Shown: positions 1 through 14,349, numbered from the stretch's first letter. The stretch: DNA of 64,000 nt from Blasia pusilla (GCA_050084515.1 CM114271.1:46252001-46316000), one strand, 5' to 3'. Made by a program: numbers and translations. Notes: generated from the sequence alone by a model not told the origin.

Positions 1-2
1 GT

Positions 3-125
3 GCGGCCACGATGCTAGTATGTGATGGGTGTTCGAGAGGATGGCATATGGCATGTTTGACGCCACCTCTCACTAGGGTTCCTCATGGACAATGGATGTG
101 TCCCAGATGTACATCGAGAAGGTAG
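3..125 (+). CDS. C-terminal PHD finger of the E2 pol polyprotein (partial)
   Basis: Translates AATMLVCDGCSRGWHMACLTPPLTRVPHGQWMCPRCTSRR*, the second half of a C4HC3 PHD finger. Confidence 0.85.
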   Translation, partial: AATMLVCDGCSRGWHMACLTPPLTRVPHGQWMCPRCTSRR

Positions 126-294
126 TTCTACATTCTGACTTGTGTCTATGACATGGATGACAAGGAGGCGACTAACGATGGGGCCACATGAGCACCCGGC
201 CTTCTTGCTCTTAGCGTCAGAGATGTATGTCATGGTAGGTAGGGATAGATGGCTATCCGGAGTTAGAGGACCTAACCACCAGCTAGGGGGCGAT

Positions 295-1060
295 TGGAGA
301 TATTTTGGTTCTTCTTGTCTCGTTGTTTGGATGCCATGAGTTGCATGGGATCATGCGTGTTTTGTGTGTGTTCGGTGTGACAAATGATGTATGTTGTGTA
401 GCGATGTGTATCGCACGGCGGTATCACGTCTTTTAGGATAGATCGGTGGGATCTAATAGAGCGCCTTCATGAGTAGTGGAGGACACTTGATGGAGGTCAA
501 GGGTGACTGCTTTGAGGCCCTTGGAAATCTGAGATAGCAGGTTTCCCCCGTTCGGCTCATTTGGAGCCATATTGAGGAACTTACTATTTTAGGTAAGTAC
601 CATTTTGAGTATATGATCGACTTACTATTTTTGTTAAGTGGCCCTTGACCTCCTACATCAGGTCAAGAGCCAAGGAGGTGACTTGGGAGAATAGGTTACC
701 ATGGAGAGAGCTTGGGAGAGGAGAGGGGTATACCTCAAGGAGAGAGAGCTTGAGAGCTCATTCTCTCTTTGTTGAACCTCTTGGCATGAGGCGGCGGAGC
801 TATGGTATCTTGCCTTGTGAGTGTAACCCAAGCCTCTCATTAGGAGAGTGGGTTTGGTTTGACATGAGAGAGAGTGCACACCTTTGAGAGCTATGGTGTG
901 AGATGGTGAAGAGAGAGATTGGATCTTACTTTAATTGGAGATATTTTGGTTCTTCTTGTCTCGTTGTTTGGATGCCATGAGTTGCATGGGATCATGCGTG
1001 TTTGTGTGTGTGTTCGGTGACAGCGATGTATGTTGTGTAGCGATGTGTATGCGCACGACA
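295..1060 (+). repeat. A-B-A split terminal repeat of E2
   Basis: 295-420 and 936-1060 are near-identical ~125-bp direct repeats flanking a ~510-bp B unit that matches 60486-60999 (reverse complement). Confidence 0.88.
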
Positions 1061-1320
1061 GATGGTAACCCGGCATCACTCTATAAGGAGAGCGCTATGT
1101 TTGAAATTGCGTATAGGAATCTATGAGCACATTTAGGAGAGAAGGAGGTCCAAAGATCCCAAGAACTTTGGAAATCTCAATCTTAAGTGGGAAAAAGAAG
1201 AACCCAAAGTTCAAGCTTGAGAAGATGAACACATTGGGCCTTAAATTGAAAAGATTGGATCACCATGGAAATAGTTACAAACAAAATTCTAAACGTCCGC
1301 CATAGTCCTCCTCCTCTTCC
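1061..1320. repeat. Dispersed repeat (second copy about 41763-42030); E2 inserted into this copy
   Basis: Near-identical sequence GATGGTAA...CGTCCGCCATAGTC; ORF-track entries 1123..1305 and 41825..42007 are almost the same. Confidence 0.85.
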
Positions 1321-3081
1321 TCCATTCCACTCCTCAAATTCCTCTATTTTGTGAGTCAAGCATGTGTTGATTATGAATTATCATGGATGAGTCATGATCA
1401 ACACATGCTTGATTTCCAAATAAGGGTATTTATATTTAATTCCATGCATGCTATATACTCCTTTTTAAAATTTACAATATGTTCTATTGAAAATATTTAA
1501 GTCATTCTTTATGAGCCAAAATAAAAAAATCTTAAAATAGCTCTTTTTATGCCATACTTCCAAAAAACCTTTGTGGATTTATGTCTCTTGACGAACCATA
1601 AGAAGTATGTAGGAAAATTATTGGAAACACTTAGCAAGAAAAGCATTATCTACCTAGTGAGATTGAATATGTAATTTTGGATAATTAAAACAAATATTAG
1701 AATTCCAGAAAAATACTTTAGATGTAAAAAAATATAAGAAGTTTTAAAAGAGAAATATTTTTTCCTGTTAACATTATTCACAAAATTATGCCACTTGATG
1801 GAGAAATACTTTTTATCATTTGATTGAGAGATAATGAGAGTTAGATCGATAAGAGATTTTATTGATGCATATTATTGCACAACATCAATTATTATTAATA
1901 TTTTAATTAAAAATTTATGATTTTATCATTCAAAAACCTTTGAGTTTGAAATTATTTTTCAATGAGAATAAATATAAATTTATTACATATTTTACAAAAA
2001 AATCACACTATTTGAGAATCATATAAACAAGACTCTTTCACTAGTTGAATAGTGATAACAAAAAACCTACGCTTCATAATCTTTATGGACATGATATATC
2101 AAGCTATATCTATCATTATTTTTGATAATCCAATATACAATAAACTTAAGATTTTGTTAAAATTTAAATTCCAACCATACACCTAATTCCAAGGCTAAAC
2201 ATCAAAATAAAATTTCTAATATAACCCCTCAAAACGTCAAAAGAAACCTCTCTCAATGATTTATGGACGACAATTCCAATTTAGCATTATCATTCATTAA
2301 GAAAATTATATATATGTATATATAATTTTCTTGCATGTATTGTAATTTAACTAGTGATGGTAAAGGAGTGTTGAATTCTTTGATTCGTTATCAATTTATG
2401 TACCATTTTTTATCACATTCATGCTTGTCTTAATCCATAGTAGAGCAAGCTTTAAAAAAATTGTAAGATTTTTTAATTCTTTATAGAGAGTTGTTAAATA
2501 GATATATGTAAATAACGCATGTATCCACATTATCTAACATCATTCCCGTCTTATTATGTTAGTATTCTCTTTGAGATTTTTCTGGCAATATTAGTGCTTA
2601 CATGAAAGATGGAGATCTTCAAGCATCGAGGGAATTGACTCATGGGTATTGCGAGGATGTCTAATAGCTTTGAATGAAGAATATCCTTAAGAAATTATGC
2701 ATAAATGTCCCATTTGGTGACCATGCAACAAAGCTAGTCCATGGAAGTTTGAAAATTCCTAAACTTGACTGAAAAAATTCCAATATAAGAGTATAAACAA
2801 ACAAACTCTAATTTTCTATAGAAACTCAATGATCCTCTACTCTCGAATGTTGTCCCCAAATGGCAAGCAAGACCCTTTGCATATATTAAGGGTAGAGAAA
2901 GGATTTCCACGCCTCCATATAGGCCTAAAGATACGGCGAACAATTAGCTTTCACAAGAAAAATAAGTTGCGAAGGGGGAAGTCATTCTTGGCAGCGCGAC
3001 TTTCCCATTATTTCGAAATATTATCGACGGTCATACGAGTTACAATCCATCAAACCTCTTCCTCTTCAATTTAGAAACAAC

Positions 3082-3250
3082 ATCCTCCATTCACTTCGAT
3101 AAGAAACACTGCATGGTTATGGATGAAATCACCATATTTCTCACTGACCAAAGCACGTTTTAGTGACAATATCCTCCATTTACATACATAAGAAACACAT
3201 CTCGCTCGTGGATGAAATCACCATATTCCTCACTAACGATAGCACCTTTG
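3082..3250. repeat. Diverged tandem duplication, period about 89 bp
   Basis: ATCCTCCATT...ATAAGAAACAC...TGGATGAAATCACCATATT..TCACT occurs at 3082 and 3171. Confidence 0.75.
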
Positions 3251-5420
3251 AGGCATTCTATTCCACGTCTCCAACATGAACACTCGATTGCAATTCAATA
3301 TCTTGCATGGTCCATTGTAGTCATGTTCACTATATGACTGGTCAAAACCCATATTTACCCCTTTTCCCTTCTTAGCCCCTTTTTAATAGGCCTTCCAACC
3401 TTTCAATTTCTAGTTGCTTTTTACGGGTTGTTTCTCCGTCCCTACGGATGGACGCCTTTCCCGTTAGTTGAATCCTAAGGGAAGTACAAACTACCAAAAG
3501 ACTCTTCGGGACTTTATTACGGACCTTTGCCCTTCCTCTACTTCGTAAAGCTTTACTTCCATTTCTTTTGGAAGGAAAAAGACGAATAGGGAATATGATG
3601 ATTTGGGATCGAAAATCGAGGGCCCAAAGTCCTTTGGAATTCTCTACTGACAGAAGGTGGATTCTGACATCGATATTCCCCGTATTTGATTATTAAAATT
3701 TCCATTTTATTAAATTTATTTAGCCTATATTCGCACAGCTCGCATCGACGCTAATTTGGGGGCCCGGGCCCAAGGACCACCGGTGGTCCCGCCCGTCCCG
3801 AATCTCCCGGCCTCGCTCCCTTCGGCCGGAGTGGAGATCGCGAATCGCGATGCCCTTCCCCAGATGTCGGGGATCTGTCGGTATACCGGGAGGTTCTGAC
3901 GGAGAGACGGACGGGCAAACAAAGAAACTGTGTTGGATGGTACTACTGTAACGTCATTGTATCGCGAGAGCTCGTTGATCGTGCGGATTAGGGGATGCAG
4001 TTCGGGAAAGCTATCGGAAACCCTTTAAGACTTTTAAGTCAACCGACGACGGGTCCAACAAGTCGACTAAGTTTGGTTTCCTTTCATCCATTTCAGGAAT
4101 TTCTGCGCAATTTAAAGGCAATAGGCGTAAATGTGGCAGAAATTCCTCCCTGTTCTCGAGAATTCTGGGATTAATAACTAATCGCCGCTCTCCTCCTCCT
4201 ACTCTTGAGCGAATGAAGGAAATGAAATGACACGACACGGAACAGTTGCTCACAAGTACATAGGACAACACATTCCTTCTTTCTCCGAGGTTATGAGCAC
4301 AACTTATTCCCGTCCCCAAGTTCACGGTGTCGAGACTACCATCCATTCATGAATGCACGCATCCCTCCATGTGTACATTTTCGTGTTTGGTGAGTCACCA
4401 TTCCGTATCAGAGATCAGATTATAAACTATAGTAGAAACGTTTGATGGAAAACCCATCAGGATACGAAGGACCCGGGGGGGCGCATAGAGAGCCAACTCT
4501 TGCACTACAACATCTTCGCACCACTTCAGCAATTCCGTCCGACATGAGAGAGGTAGGAAATGGAGTCACGAGGACTCGCTTCTGTATTCACGTCTGTCGT
4601 CTCTTTCGTACGTCTACGTGTGCTTTCCTTTCTTTTTCGCTTCCTGTGGCGGTGTGTCGAAGAGTTCGAAGTTTGGGTGGTGGAGCCCATGTGCTGTTCT
4701 GCAATTTCCGAGTAATTTGTTTGCAATAATGATGAGAAGAAGTGAAAAAGCGTGTTTCGGAAGTGTATTATGGCACTAGAGACTCAGCGTGGAGGGTAGG
4801 GTAAGCATTTATGCATAATGTGTGGCGCACACATCCGATAGCTGGAAACACGTAGCAAGGATGTGGTGCCGTCGAAGCGTCGTCACGGTGTCTTGCAATT
4901 GAGGGAGGATGACCTTTACGTGGGGAGGTGGGGGGTGTTTTGCTTTTCTTGCAGAGCCTTAGACGCGCGATGAGGAGGAGCCTTGCGGGACGAAAAGCTT
5001 AGTCACATGGTCTGTCCCTCTCTTGCCAGAGAAGGACTTGGAGAAGGGGGGGGGGGGGATCCTCGCCTCGTGATCAAGATTCTGGGCAGCGGCAAGAGGT
5101 CAACAGCTGAGAGGAGGACACCACAACCATAATGCTGCACCTACACAGTAGCTCATCATAACATCCTCTCATCCGTCCGTCGATAGCGCACTGTAGCCCA
5201 CTCTCTCTTCGGGAAAGCCCGGCGTTCCTTAGAGAAGGCACTCCCACATAAAGCAAGAACCAGAAAGAATAAACCACGTGTTAGTGGGGGAAGGTGAGCG
5301 ACGCGATGCTGCATACGAAGAAGGAAGGAAGGAAAGAAAGAACGAAACAACACTCACTTAGTCTGGAATTGCGTGAAGGAGCATCCGATGAGGAGTGAGG
5401 TGCGGAGCAATGACCACCCT

Positions 5421-5423
<3 letters not shown>

Positions 5424-5469
<46 letters not shown>
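5424..5469. repeat. (TA)n microsatellite
   Basis: Direct inspection. Confidence 0.97.
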
Positions 5470-5471
<2 letters not shown>

Positions 5472-8218
5472 TTCTCTGATTGGGATTCGCCTGAAATGAA
5501 ACAAACGAATTATAGACTCGGAGTTAATAGTTTTCTCCCCTCCAACTCAATCATAGAAACCCCCCAACCATCCTTTACACCGTGACCCAGCTTTAATAAG
5601 TAATCCCAGCTGTTCTGCAAAGATGCCTGCTGGGTACTGTGCAGTACTGTCCTGCTATGCTATGCTAAGACTCACTCTGCTTTGTTAAAGGCACCGTAGT
5701 GTAGTCTAGTTAGTGTATCGTATCCAACACCCTCACTAAGTAAACTCTCAGATTGTAAACAGCAGCTCAATTCACCCCTTAAACGCGATCGATTACTACT
5801 TGACAACGCCGATGCTCCTACTACACAAACCTGTGGAAAGCCGAGCACCACGGCTCGGATCCGTACCTCGCTCCCTCAACCACTTGTATCCAGACAGCTG
5901 GTACGGCCTCCCAGTCCAGGGCGACGGAATGTTCCCCCGGATTCTGACACGTCTCCACGCCGGGCGATGGTATCCGGCCGGCGTGAGTTACACGGCAATG
6001 TCGTGAGGCCCGGGGGGCGACTATTCTTATCGCCCGGCCCTTCACAGCTATGGCGCCCGAATACGGCCAACGGGCGTGCTCGGTTGGACATGGGGCGGTT
6101 GACCGGATGAGGGCCGTTGCTCCATCCCTATCGACGGAGACTGTGGTTAGCGCTCCTCGCAACAACCGTGGTGGCCCTCCCGTGTAAGGCCAGTACGTGT
6201 CTTCGTCGTCATTAAAAACTACAAATCTCTCATGAGAATGCGAGTGAATAAAGTGGAATTAACCATGGTTAGTAGGGATTCTCTTATGATGACTCAGTCC
6301 TTTATTACAGGGCCAGGCCTGAAAAGGAGAACATCACCGCAGCACAGTCGCAGAAAGGCAACAGTGCACAGCTAAGATAGTTAGTAGAGTTCGTAACTGT
6401 GATCGAGAATATTCAAACTGCGTCATTAAGGAACCGTTCGCCGTGATTATCACGTTTGATTGCCTCCGCTAAAACTTCCCGCCAACTTCCTTGCCCCGCA
6501 AGCCGTACCTCATCCTGCGGACGGCTATGACGGGAAGATATGATCCGGTAATAAATGCAGGTGACTCCACTCCAGTCTTACAGCGCCCAGACGCCGGAGT
6601 GGGACTCCGAACCGACCCCGGCGTCCGGGTGGTTTTTCCACGGGAACCGGTAAGTTGCCGGTATTCTCCACCCGGGCACGTTAGTGCCCGTTTCCAGATA
6701 TTTTATACAAAAATACCTCATTTCTGGGGAATTGTTTCCCGAGGATTCCAAAACAATTAGTTATAACCGGCTAGAAATGAATCAGCGCCGGTCGATGTTT
6801 TCCCACCGATTACAAAAGAAAACGGATTTTTTCTTATGATAATCGGTTAGGACTAATCATTTACCGATAATAATTACATTAACTAGGATTATGAAATTAA
6901 AATTTAAAAAAAAACTATTTAAGTTTTTTAACGTGTCGTGTATCAAGAGCAGATCCTATTCCCATCCTTAATAGTATAGATATTGACATAGGAGGATCTC
7001 CCCGGGCCCGGCCCTTTCACCAGGTGGCAAACTTTGTTCGTGAGAAACTGGTAAGCATGAGTTCCGCGCTCGTTGGGTTTGGATTAGGGCCTAAATGGAG
7101 GGAAGGAGTTTCGTTTACCGTTGGAGGAAAGCAAAACATATTACATTAAGACCATTCTTCTTTGGATGGATTGTTTCGGTTCCGAACTTCGAAGTGGCCG
7201 GATTTTGAAGTGATCGGCATGATGACGTGCCGTGGATTCACATGTTGCAAGAGGATACCTCCCGACATTAATGTCCATCGTCCCGATTTGAATATAGCCA
7301 ATCACAAGAAAGACAAACATATCATGGCCAAATCCTAACAGACTCTATACCTTCAAATATCCGAAATATCAGTTGCATAGCAAAAAGCCGATTCGAGTCA
7401 TTAATCCGATTTCTATAATAAAATAAATAATACCTCTAAATTATTTGTCAAAAAATGTCCGTAGTTTTCATTGGGCTCCATTTGCCGAGGACTAGAATGA
7501 AATCGTTAATATTTCGAATATTATTATATCCTGTCTTTGTCTGTGATTCGTCATTCACATGAACTAGGATAGGTCCACGTTCGAGTAGACCCCAACCTGC
7601 ACACGGGGCACCCATCCATGAGGTGTGGTTTTCATTTCCAAGACTTATCTCCGTCCACTTCGACAGTGCAAGCAAAATTTGGGCCATAGTTACACGTGGA
7701 TACGAGGGCGTCTCAATTCGGGACTGTAGCCGCTGTTACAACTTCGAGTCATGACACCGCTCGTAAATAAGAATGGATATGTCTCTTACGCCCCCTTCCA
7801 CTGCTGGAAGGACAATTGTCATCCTTTTTTAAGCGGTAAGGGTTTCTTGTAAAGACAAGATTTTTTCATCTTTCTTTTATTAATACAAAAATTTAAGAAC
7901 ACGATCAATTCTATTACTCCGGCTTATGACTTCTTGTAGGAGAAAATGTTTTCGACGACTAAGTATTTATTTGAGAAGTCCTAATGCGAATTCATATCAA
8001 CGGGCGCATAGATTTTTAGAGCTTCCCATTTTTTCCCGATCAAACACTCGAGAGGGTCTGATCGGAAATTTCTAAATATCAGCCAGTTTTTTTCAATTTT
8101 TACAAAGAAACTGCATTTTCCGATTCTGTTTTCTTCCGAGACTTTTCTGATCAGATCAGAAATTCTTAAATTTTACCCACTGACATTACAAAGAATGCCA
8201 GTTCTTGACGCTCGTAGA

Positions 8219-8408
8219 TTCATATCTAGAACATTGCAATGTCTTCAAAAAATGTTTTGGACACCTAAGTATTAATTTGAGATGCCCTTATGCAAGTTCA
8301 TATCTAGAACATCCACAATGTCGAACCAAAAACTAATTTGGACACCCAAGTGTTTATTTCAGGGGCACAAGTGCAAGTTCATCTCTAGAACGTCCGCAAT
8401 GTCTTGAA
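8219..8408. repeat. Imperfect tandem repeat, ~79-bp unit, about 2.5 copies (related fragment near 7945-8000)
   Basis: TTCATATCTAGAACAT..CAATGTC...TTTGGACACC.AAGT recurs. Confidence 0.7.
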
Positions 8409-11400
8409 ATCTACATACAAATTGGAGGATGCAATTTTCTCAATATTTACTCTATTTGATATGTGCCTCTACTCATTCAAACACACTTTCGTGGTCATGT
8501 GGTGTCCATGTTTCCTTTGGAAAAGAGGAATTATAAAATTTGAGATTGGTAAGGGGAGTCCCATTTGAGCGTGAGTTATTAAACATGGATCCATACATGG
8601 CTTGCTCCCTTATGGGTACTTACCGGTCATGTTTATATTTGGATCTTTTCAAGAGTTTAAGATTCTCTTTTTCTTTTTTCTATATTGTTTGAAGTTTATT
8701 TGCTCATTTCTTTTTTCCTATGTATGATGTTTGTTGTGTTTTATTCCTATTTTTCCTTTTTAACTTGGTCCATCCATGAAATTATCATCATGTCTTTTTT
8801 AGACTAAGTGTGTTTCCCCATTACACCACCTTTATGGGGGCACGATTCCTTTATTGTCCCTTCTTAGAATCTTGAATTGAATTAAGAATTGAAAAAGTTC
8901 TTCCACCGTGTAGAAATAGCCTTAGGTTGCCACCTAGACTCTCTTGGTTATCAGGCGCCCGTTATTTTGCCTTGGGATTCCAAGAACTAGATGGTACTCT
9001 TGAACATCACACTCTCAAGGGTAAAATATAATCATCTAAGTTTGAGACTACTATGTTAGGTCATGTCACGACTATAGGAGAGATTTCATCAAAACCTAGA
9101 AGGATCCTTTGTAGCTCCCATTTAACAAGGTCATTGTGATTCATTGCCTTGGAGTTGATCTATAAGTATAGGTCGCCCTTTCCCTTGATAAAAAAAAAAC
9201 ACTCTTTGAGGGGTTTCCACTTCTTCTTTTGTGGCATATTTAGGTGCCTTGATGGTTGGTAATGCCTCTTGGCCAATTGGGCCAAGTATGATGTATTACT
9301 AATGAGAGTATCCTATTTTTTAATGTCTTTCTTCCATGTAGCTTTGAAGAGGATCATGTGTCGCAACTTCTGAGGTTGTATACATTGTGTACTTCATGTC
9401 CTTTGTGACTTACTTTGGATGAGTAACTCTTCCCAACATATTTCCATGGAGTTTCCAAGATGGTAGGTATATCCTTAGTGAAACTTGTTATTTTGCTCAT
9501 CTATAAGATATCAAACCCAAAGTTGCAATCCATGACAAATGTAAATGTGCCCATGTATGGAGCTTAGATTATCTTAAGTAAGAGTATGTTGGGATTAATA
9601 AGGACATCACATTTTTTAATTTTATATTGATTCCTGTGATCATATCCTATTTTTGGAAGCAAGGTGTGCATGTTGAATGCACCCAAAAAACATTGGGAGT
9701 CAATGTTGTCCTAGAACATTTGTATGGTGGATTTTGTATGCAAAAGAAAAATTCACTTCTAAATGATGAAGCAATTTTCTTTTCAATAATAAGAGAAATT
9801 TGAGGAATCGACTTCATGTTTAATGCACAATTGGAGGTATTTCACGCTTAGAATTGCAATCATAAATCCTTGTCATGTGGCAATACATATATGAGCCAAA
9901 ATTATTTCTAAAATCATGATAAAATAAAATAAAAACTATTAAATAAGTTGAAGTGCAACAACTTTGAGAGAAATTGAAGAGGGAAAGAATTCGTAATTCC
10001 TCGTTAGTTTCTCAAGTGATTAAAAGAGAAATTGGAATCCAACTTGAAGGTGGGAATGTGCAAGAGAAATCTAATGAAGAAATCAATATCTACTACGACA
10101 TGATGGAGTGTGGGAAATTCAACAACTACGTGAGCAATGAATTCTTGAGTTCTTATCATGTTTGCTTGATACTAGGTCAAATTGGATGAAATTTGGACAT
10201 GAGGGTGATCAAGCAAAGGCAGAAGATCATTATGGGAAAATTTAGGCTCATTGTGCAAGAATTCATAGAGTCTAGCTTTACCATTGGAATTATGTTGAAA
10301 ATTCGAGTAAAGCGATTAAAACGGCCCCTTAAACAAAGCGTGTATGAAGAAGATTCTAAAAACATTTCCCATATTTTCATAGATTATTTGGAGGTGCTAA
10401 GTTGGTTTGAGCATTGATTATGTGGAACTTAGAGATGAGGATCCGGTGGATCTAATGTTGGTTTATGCATGATTATAAACACTCGGAGGTAAACTTTGTG
10501 CACAAGGATCCCCTTACACTTCAAGCATGTGTTTCTGGTGTCTCCTTTTATATGAGAAAGTGAACATATAGAGGTGAAATTGATGCATAATTGTCTAGTG
10601 GGTTTGCATGTGTGGAACGCCATAGTATCCAATACACAACCTTTCTCTATATTTCCATTGGGTGACAATCGATGCGCAAATGATTGTGAAGATCAAGTGG
10701 CTTCATGAATTTGCATCACTAGTATTGGTGTCCATTCCATTAAGATAAAATATCAATGGACATGGTTTTACCTTTCATATCAACATAACGGGGGCTTTAA
10801 CATGAATTGGTGGACGGTTGATATGAAGGGGATGTTGCAAAATTATGGAATCCCAAGGGGAACTTTTTTCTTTGTGGAATGTATAGGAGGGATTCTCATT
10901 TTCTCTATAGGATTCATAGGGGGTTGTAGTTTCCATACCTATTACCCAAGGTAAACTTTTATGGGAATCTGGTGAGAACTCGTCATAGAGCATAGATCTA
11001 CCAAAGAGCAAAGATGAACATCTTTTCTATGAAGGACTATCTTAAATCCAATTGTGAGGTCTTACAAATGAGTAAAGTGTATGGCATAGAGAATAAATGG
11101 GAAAGGAGGCTAGGTGGGTGAAGGTTTTTGCGGTGTTTCGAGACATAGAAGGGATGTGAGTAGGCATGAGAGGCATTGAGGGTTATAAGCTAGGCGGGAT
11201 GGGATGAGATCACACTAAGCAAGAGGCAGTTAGGTATGAGAGTGAGTGGCCTGGTTTTGATATTGAGTGAGAATTTGGTGTGTCCTAGATTGGACTATGT
11301 TATATTTTGATCTCGTAGCTTGGGAGTGAGGTAGATGGATTGTGCATTTCTCACCATAATATACCCACAAACTACTAGGGAGCACGTTAATGTAAGGAGA

Positions 11401-11550
11401 GATAGAGGATTCATGAGAGTGGAGCTACATATTGGAGGTTTCTATATGAGGAACCATCTCACTTGCCACATCTGTATATTATGCAGAGGGAGTATGAAAG
11501 GATTATGAATTACCTAATACATCATAGATTGTCACAAGTATCCCCACACC

Positions 11551-11774
11551 ATTTTTATGGGATATGGATGATTTCAATGCACATGGCTCCACAAGCGGAC
11601 CCTCAAAATTCTTAAGTATGGGGGGGACTATCAAGTTGGATTATTTTGTGGAGGATTTTGATAGTTGCTATGAGGCATAGATGATGCATAGATAACACCC
11701 AATTGGACCCCTTCATGGCATGGAAGGTACTCTTTTAGCATTTGGAGGGCTCTTCTATGGGTGATTATCTCGAG
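11551..11774 (+). pseudogene. Decayed gag fragment homologous to the E1 gag
   Basis: FLWDMDD...GGTIKLDYFVEDFDS...PFMAWKVLF*HLEGSSMGDYLE aligns by eye with E1 LIWDMDG...GTIELEDFMREFDT...PFLAWKGLFQ.LEGPPMDDYHE (26630-26845, minus). Confidence 0.7.
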
Positions 11775-13199
11775 GACCTCACCATACATATGTACTCTAT
11801 GCCATATGTGTGCGAGACCCTAGTAAACCACCCCTAGTTTTTTCCTCTCCCTAATATTAAACTCCCTTTTTACACCAAAATTATCGTATTAAAGCCCCTA
11901 CGGGCCTATCTTAGAGGTGGCATCTGTATATTTCAACCCCATACTGGACATAAATGTTTTTTGAGTCCCACAAAAAAAGGCGGAGAAGATCTAGAACTAC
12001 CAATGCATCAAAAATTACCCCCATAATTCCACACCAACACTCTTCTCTCAACTTTGCTCATTAAAATATGAACCTCGATTCTTCTCATAACTCATTGTGA
12101 CTCAATTCAGGTCATGGATACCTTTTTGACACATGTTTGGACAAAAGATTTTGTGTCTACGTGACCCAAACCAAACTATGGCAACAAGATTGGTCATACA
12201 AATTATGACGTGGTGAGCTCATATTCATGTACTATAGGTGAAGAGCCTACTCTAAATATTGGATGGGCTAAGTTGAGAAAGGGATCATGCATTTCCTTCT
12301 AAACTTTCAAACAATTTAGATTTCAATTTGGATGCTCCAATTGAAAAAATAGAAATCCCAATAGAATTTTTATTTTTGGTTTTTAATTCCAAGTCCTAAT
12401 GCTTGAAGTTCCTTCAACTTTTCAAATATCTTTAACCATCCCTAACACAAGTCCATATCAAGTTTCAACACTTGAAAGAGACAAAGGTGGAAGTTGTACC
12501 ATCTAGCTCGTGAGCGACTGAGTGTGAATCCTTCATCTTCCATTTTCAAGGGCATGAGTTGGGACCGTTGGATTTCCTCAGACTTTGCAAAGAGATGTGA
12601 AAATATACGAGGTGAAATTTGATTGAAAGGCTTAGATGATGGGAATTCTGTCCAATGATCTCTCCAAGTTCTAGCTTTAGGATTTAGCCATCATTTAGGA
12701 TTTTTTAATTTTAAGTAACTATTAGGAGGACTATAACCTTTGAAAAACAATCAACATTGCAAGGTTGTAGAGAAATGTGTCCCCAATTTTTTTTAGAGTT
12801 TTTCGATAGCTTATGGAGACGTAAAAATAATTTAAGTATTTTACTAATGATGATATATTTAAAAAAATTAGATATGTAATAATTATATGTATTTATGGGA
12901 TATACTCCTTGTTTTTTTTCTATACAAAAAATGCATTTAGTATCCCCGTGCTTATAGGTTAGTGCAAAATTTTGGGGAAAAAAAGAAGAAGGAACCCTCC
13001 TATCTTAGGGGTTAATATTTCAAAAAATCGCCCATTTCTAAATATAAGTACCCATATCTTAACTTACATTGGCTAAGTAATCCAATGAACACTAAAGTCT
13101 CCAAGGTGATTTCATGAGTTTTGTATTCTCTATGGGGTCATGGTCGGGGCATGGAGAGTATTTTGGTCTCGTGGACACGTATCATACACATAGCTATCA

Positions 13200-13720
13200 A
13201 TGTACGATGTGGAAACTATGGCTACAGCTATAACATCAACCACTATCTAGAGGGAGGATACATTTGAAGATATTGAAAACCTGAGTGCATAGAGTGTACC
13301 CATCCAAGCACTATGTACGTTCAACTTGCTGCTTGAGTTCTTCTGACAGTTTGTAAGGAACAATCAACCAAGGGTTGAGGACTGATAAGCTTTAGTCAAT
13401 TTATGAGTTTTGGTGGAGAGCTATAGTAAGTCTTTGAGAGGCGTATGTGTGTCTTTGATGATTGATCACAATGACTCCAATTGTGGCAAGGTTCAAGTTC
13501 TCATATATATATGTGATGCTAGACCATGAGTTACACAAAAGGGTATGTGGTGGGACTCTCTTGCACGTTGGTTCCATATAGAGGGGAAAGTGGCAAGGAT
13601 TCTTAGGCCTCCTAAGTATTTCACGTTATGATCAGCTCTTTGGAACTCATTGTGGAGACAACATCTTCTAGATGGTATTGTCTTTGATGGAAATGCATTG
13701 AGAGGAACAGTTCATACGAG
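13200..13720 (+). pseudogene. Possible highly decayed CACTA (TnpD-like) transposase relic
   Basis: Weak ordered motif remnants (FNL.., LRG...ND, TKGYV, FDG) interrupted by stops; not reliably alignable by eye. Confidence 0.2.
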
Positions 13721-14345
13721 TACGTTTATGATGACTATGCAACATCAAACATATGCATAGCCTAGCACGATGGCGTTGCAAAAGTTAGTAACGACTTTGT
13801 ATGACAGTTAGTGACATGTAGAGGCAGCCCCACAAAGGCTTTTTGGTTGGTGGTGATGCTCTATTATAGAGATACGAATTGGACATGTGGCAAATATATC
13901 CTAAAAGCATGTGCTCGAGACAATATACACAAAAATCTGGGATGGTGTGACAACTAGGGTGGTGGACATATTCTACATGCCATTTATAGAGCTCATGATG
14001 GTTGCACCTTGTGTGGTGATTTTGAATAACCAAATTGGGATATTCCATTTGGCTAGCGAGTTGGCTAGTCCATATAGAGCTCTATATTGACTTCATCTTC
14101 AAATTGAATCAAGAGCTTAGCTCCTTTTGTTGGGGAAGACAACATTTTTAGCAATATGGTTTAGAAAATGCTACATCATTCCACATCCATTTCAAATTAT
14201 AACATCAGTTGGATGAACTTCCTTGCCACAATACATGACTTATGAGGAGATAGCAATGAGGATTCAACAAAACCATCCTACATTTAGTGCAATGGTGCAA
14301 ATGAAACTGAAGGTGAATATGGCAAAGAAGAGGATATAACTCAAG

Positions 14346-14349
<4 letters not shown>

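Larger units (their letters stand above)
1..1060 (+). mobile_element. 3' end of Ty3/gypsy retrotransposon E2 (PHD-finger C-terminus, PPT, A-B-A terminal repeats); 5' part lies outside the window
   Basis: Reverse-complement homolog of 60359-61400. PPT AGGGGGCGA at 285-293. A 295-420, B about 422-933, A' 936-1060 ending GCACGACA. Confidence 0.9.

Noticed and set aside
1061-1320. Apparent shared insertion point with 41763
   Set aside because: The boundary is simply the E2 insertion site; the rest of the repeat lies outside the window.
3700-7800. GC-richer island with several short ORFs and a (TA)n repeat
   Set aside because: It may be regulatory or non-coding transcribed DNA, but no protein motif or known RNA could be identified.
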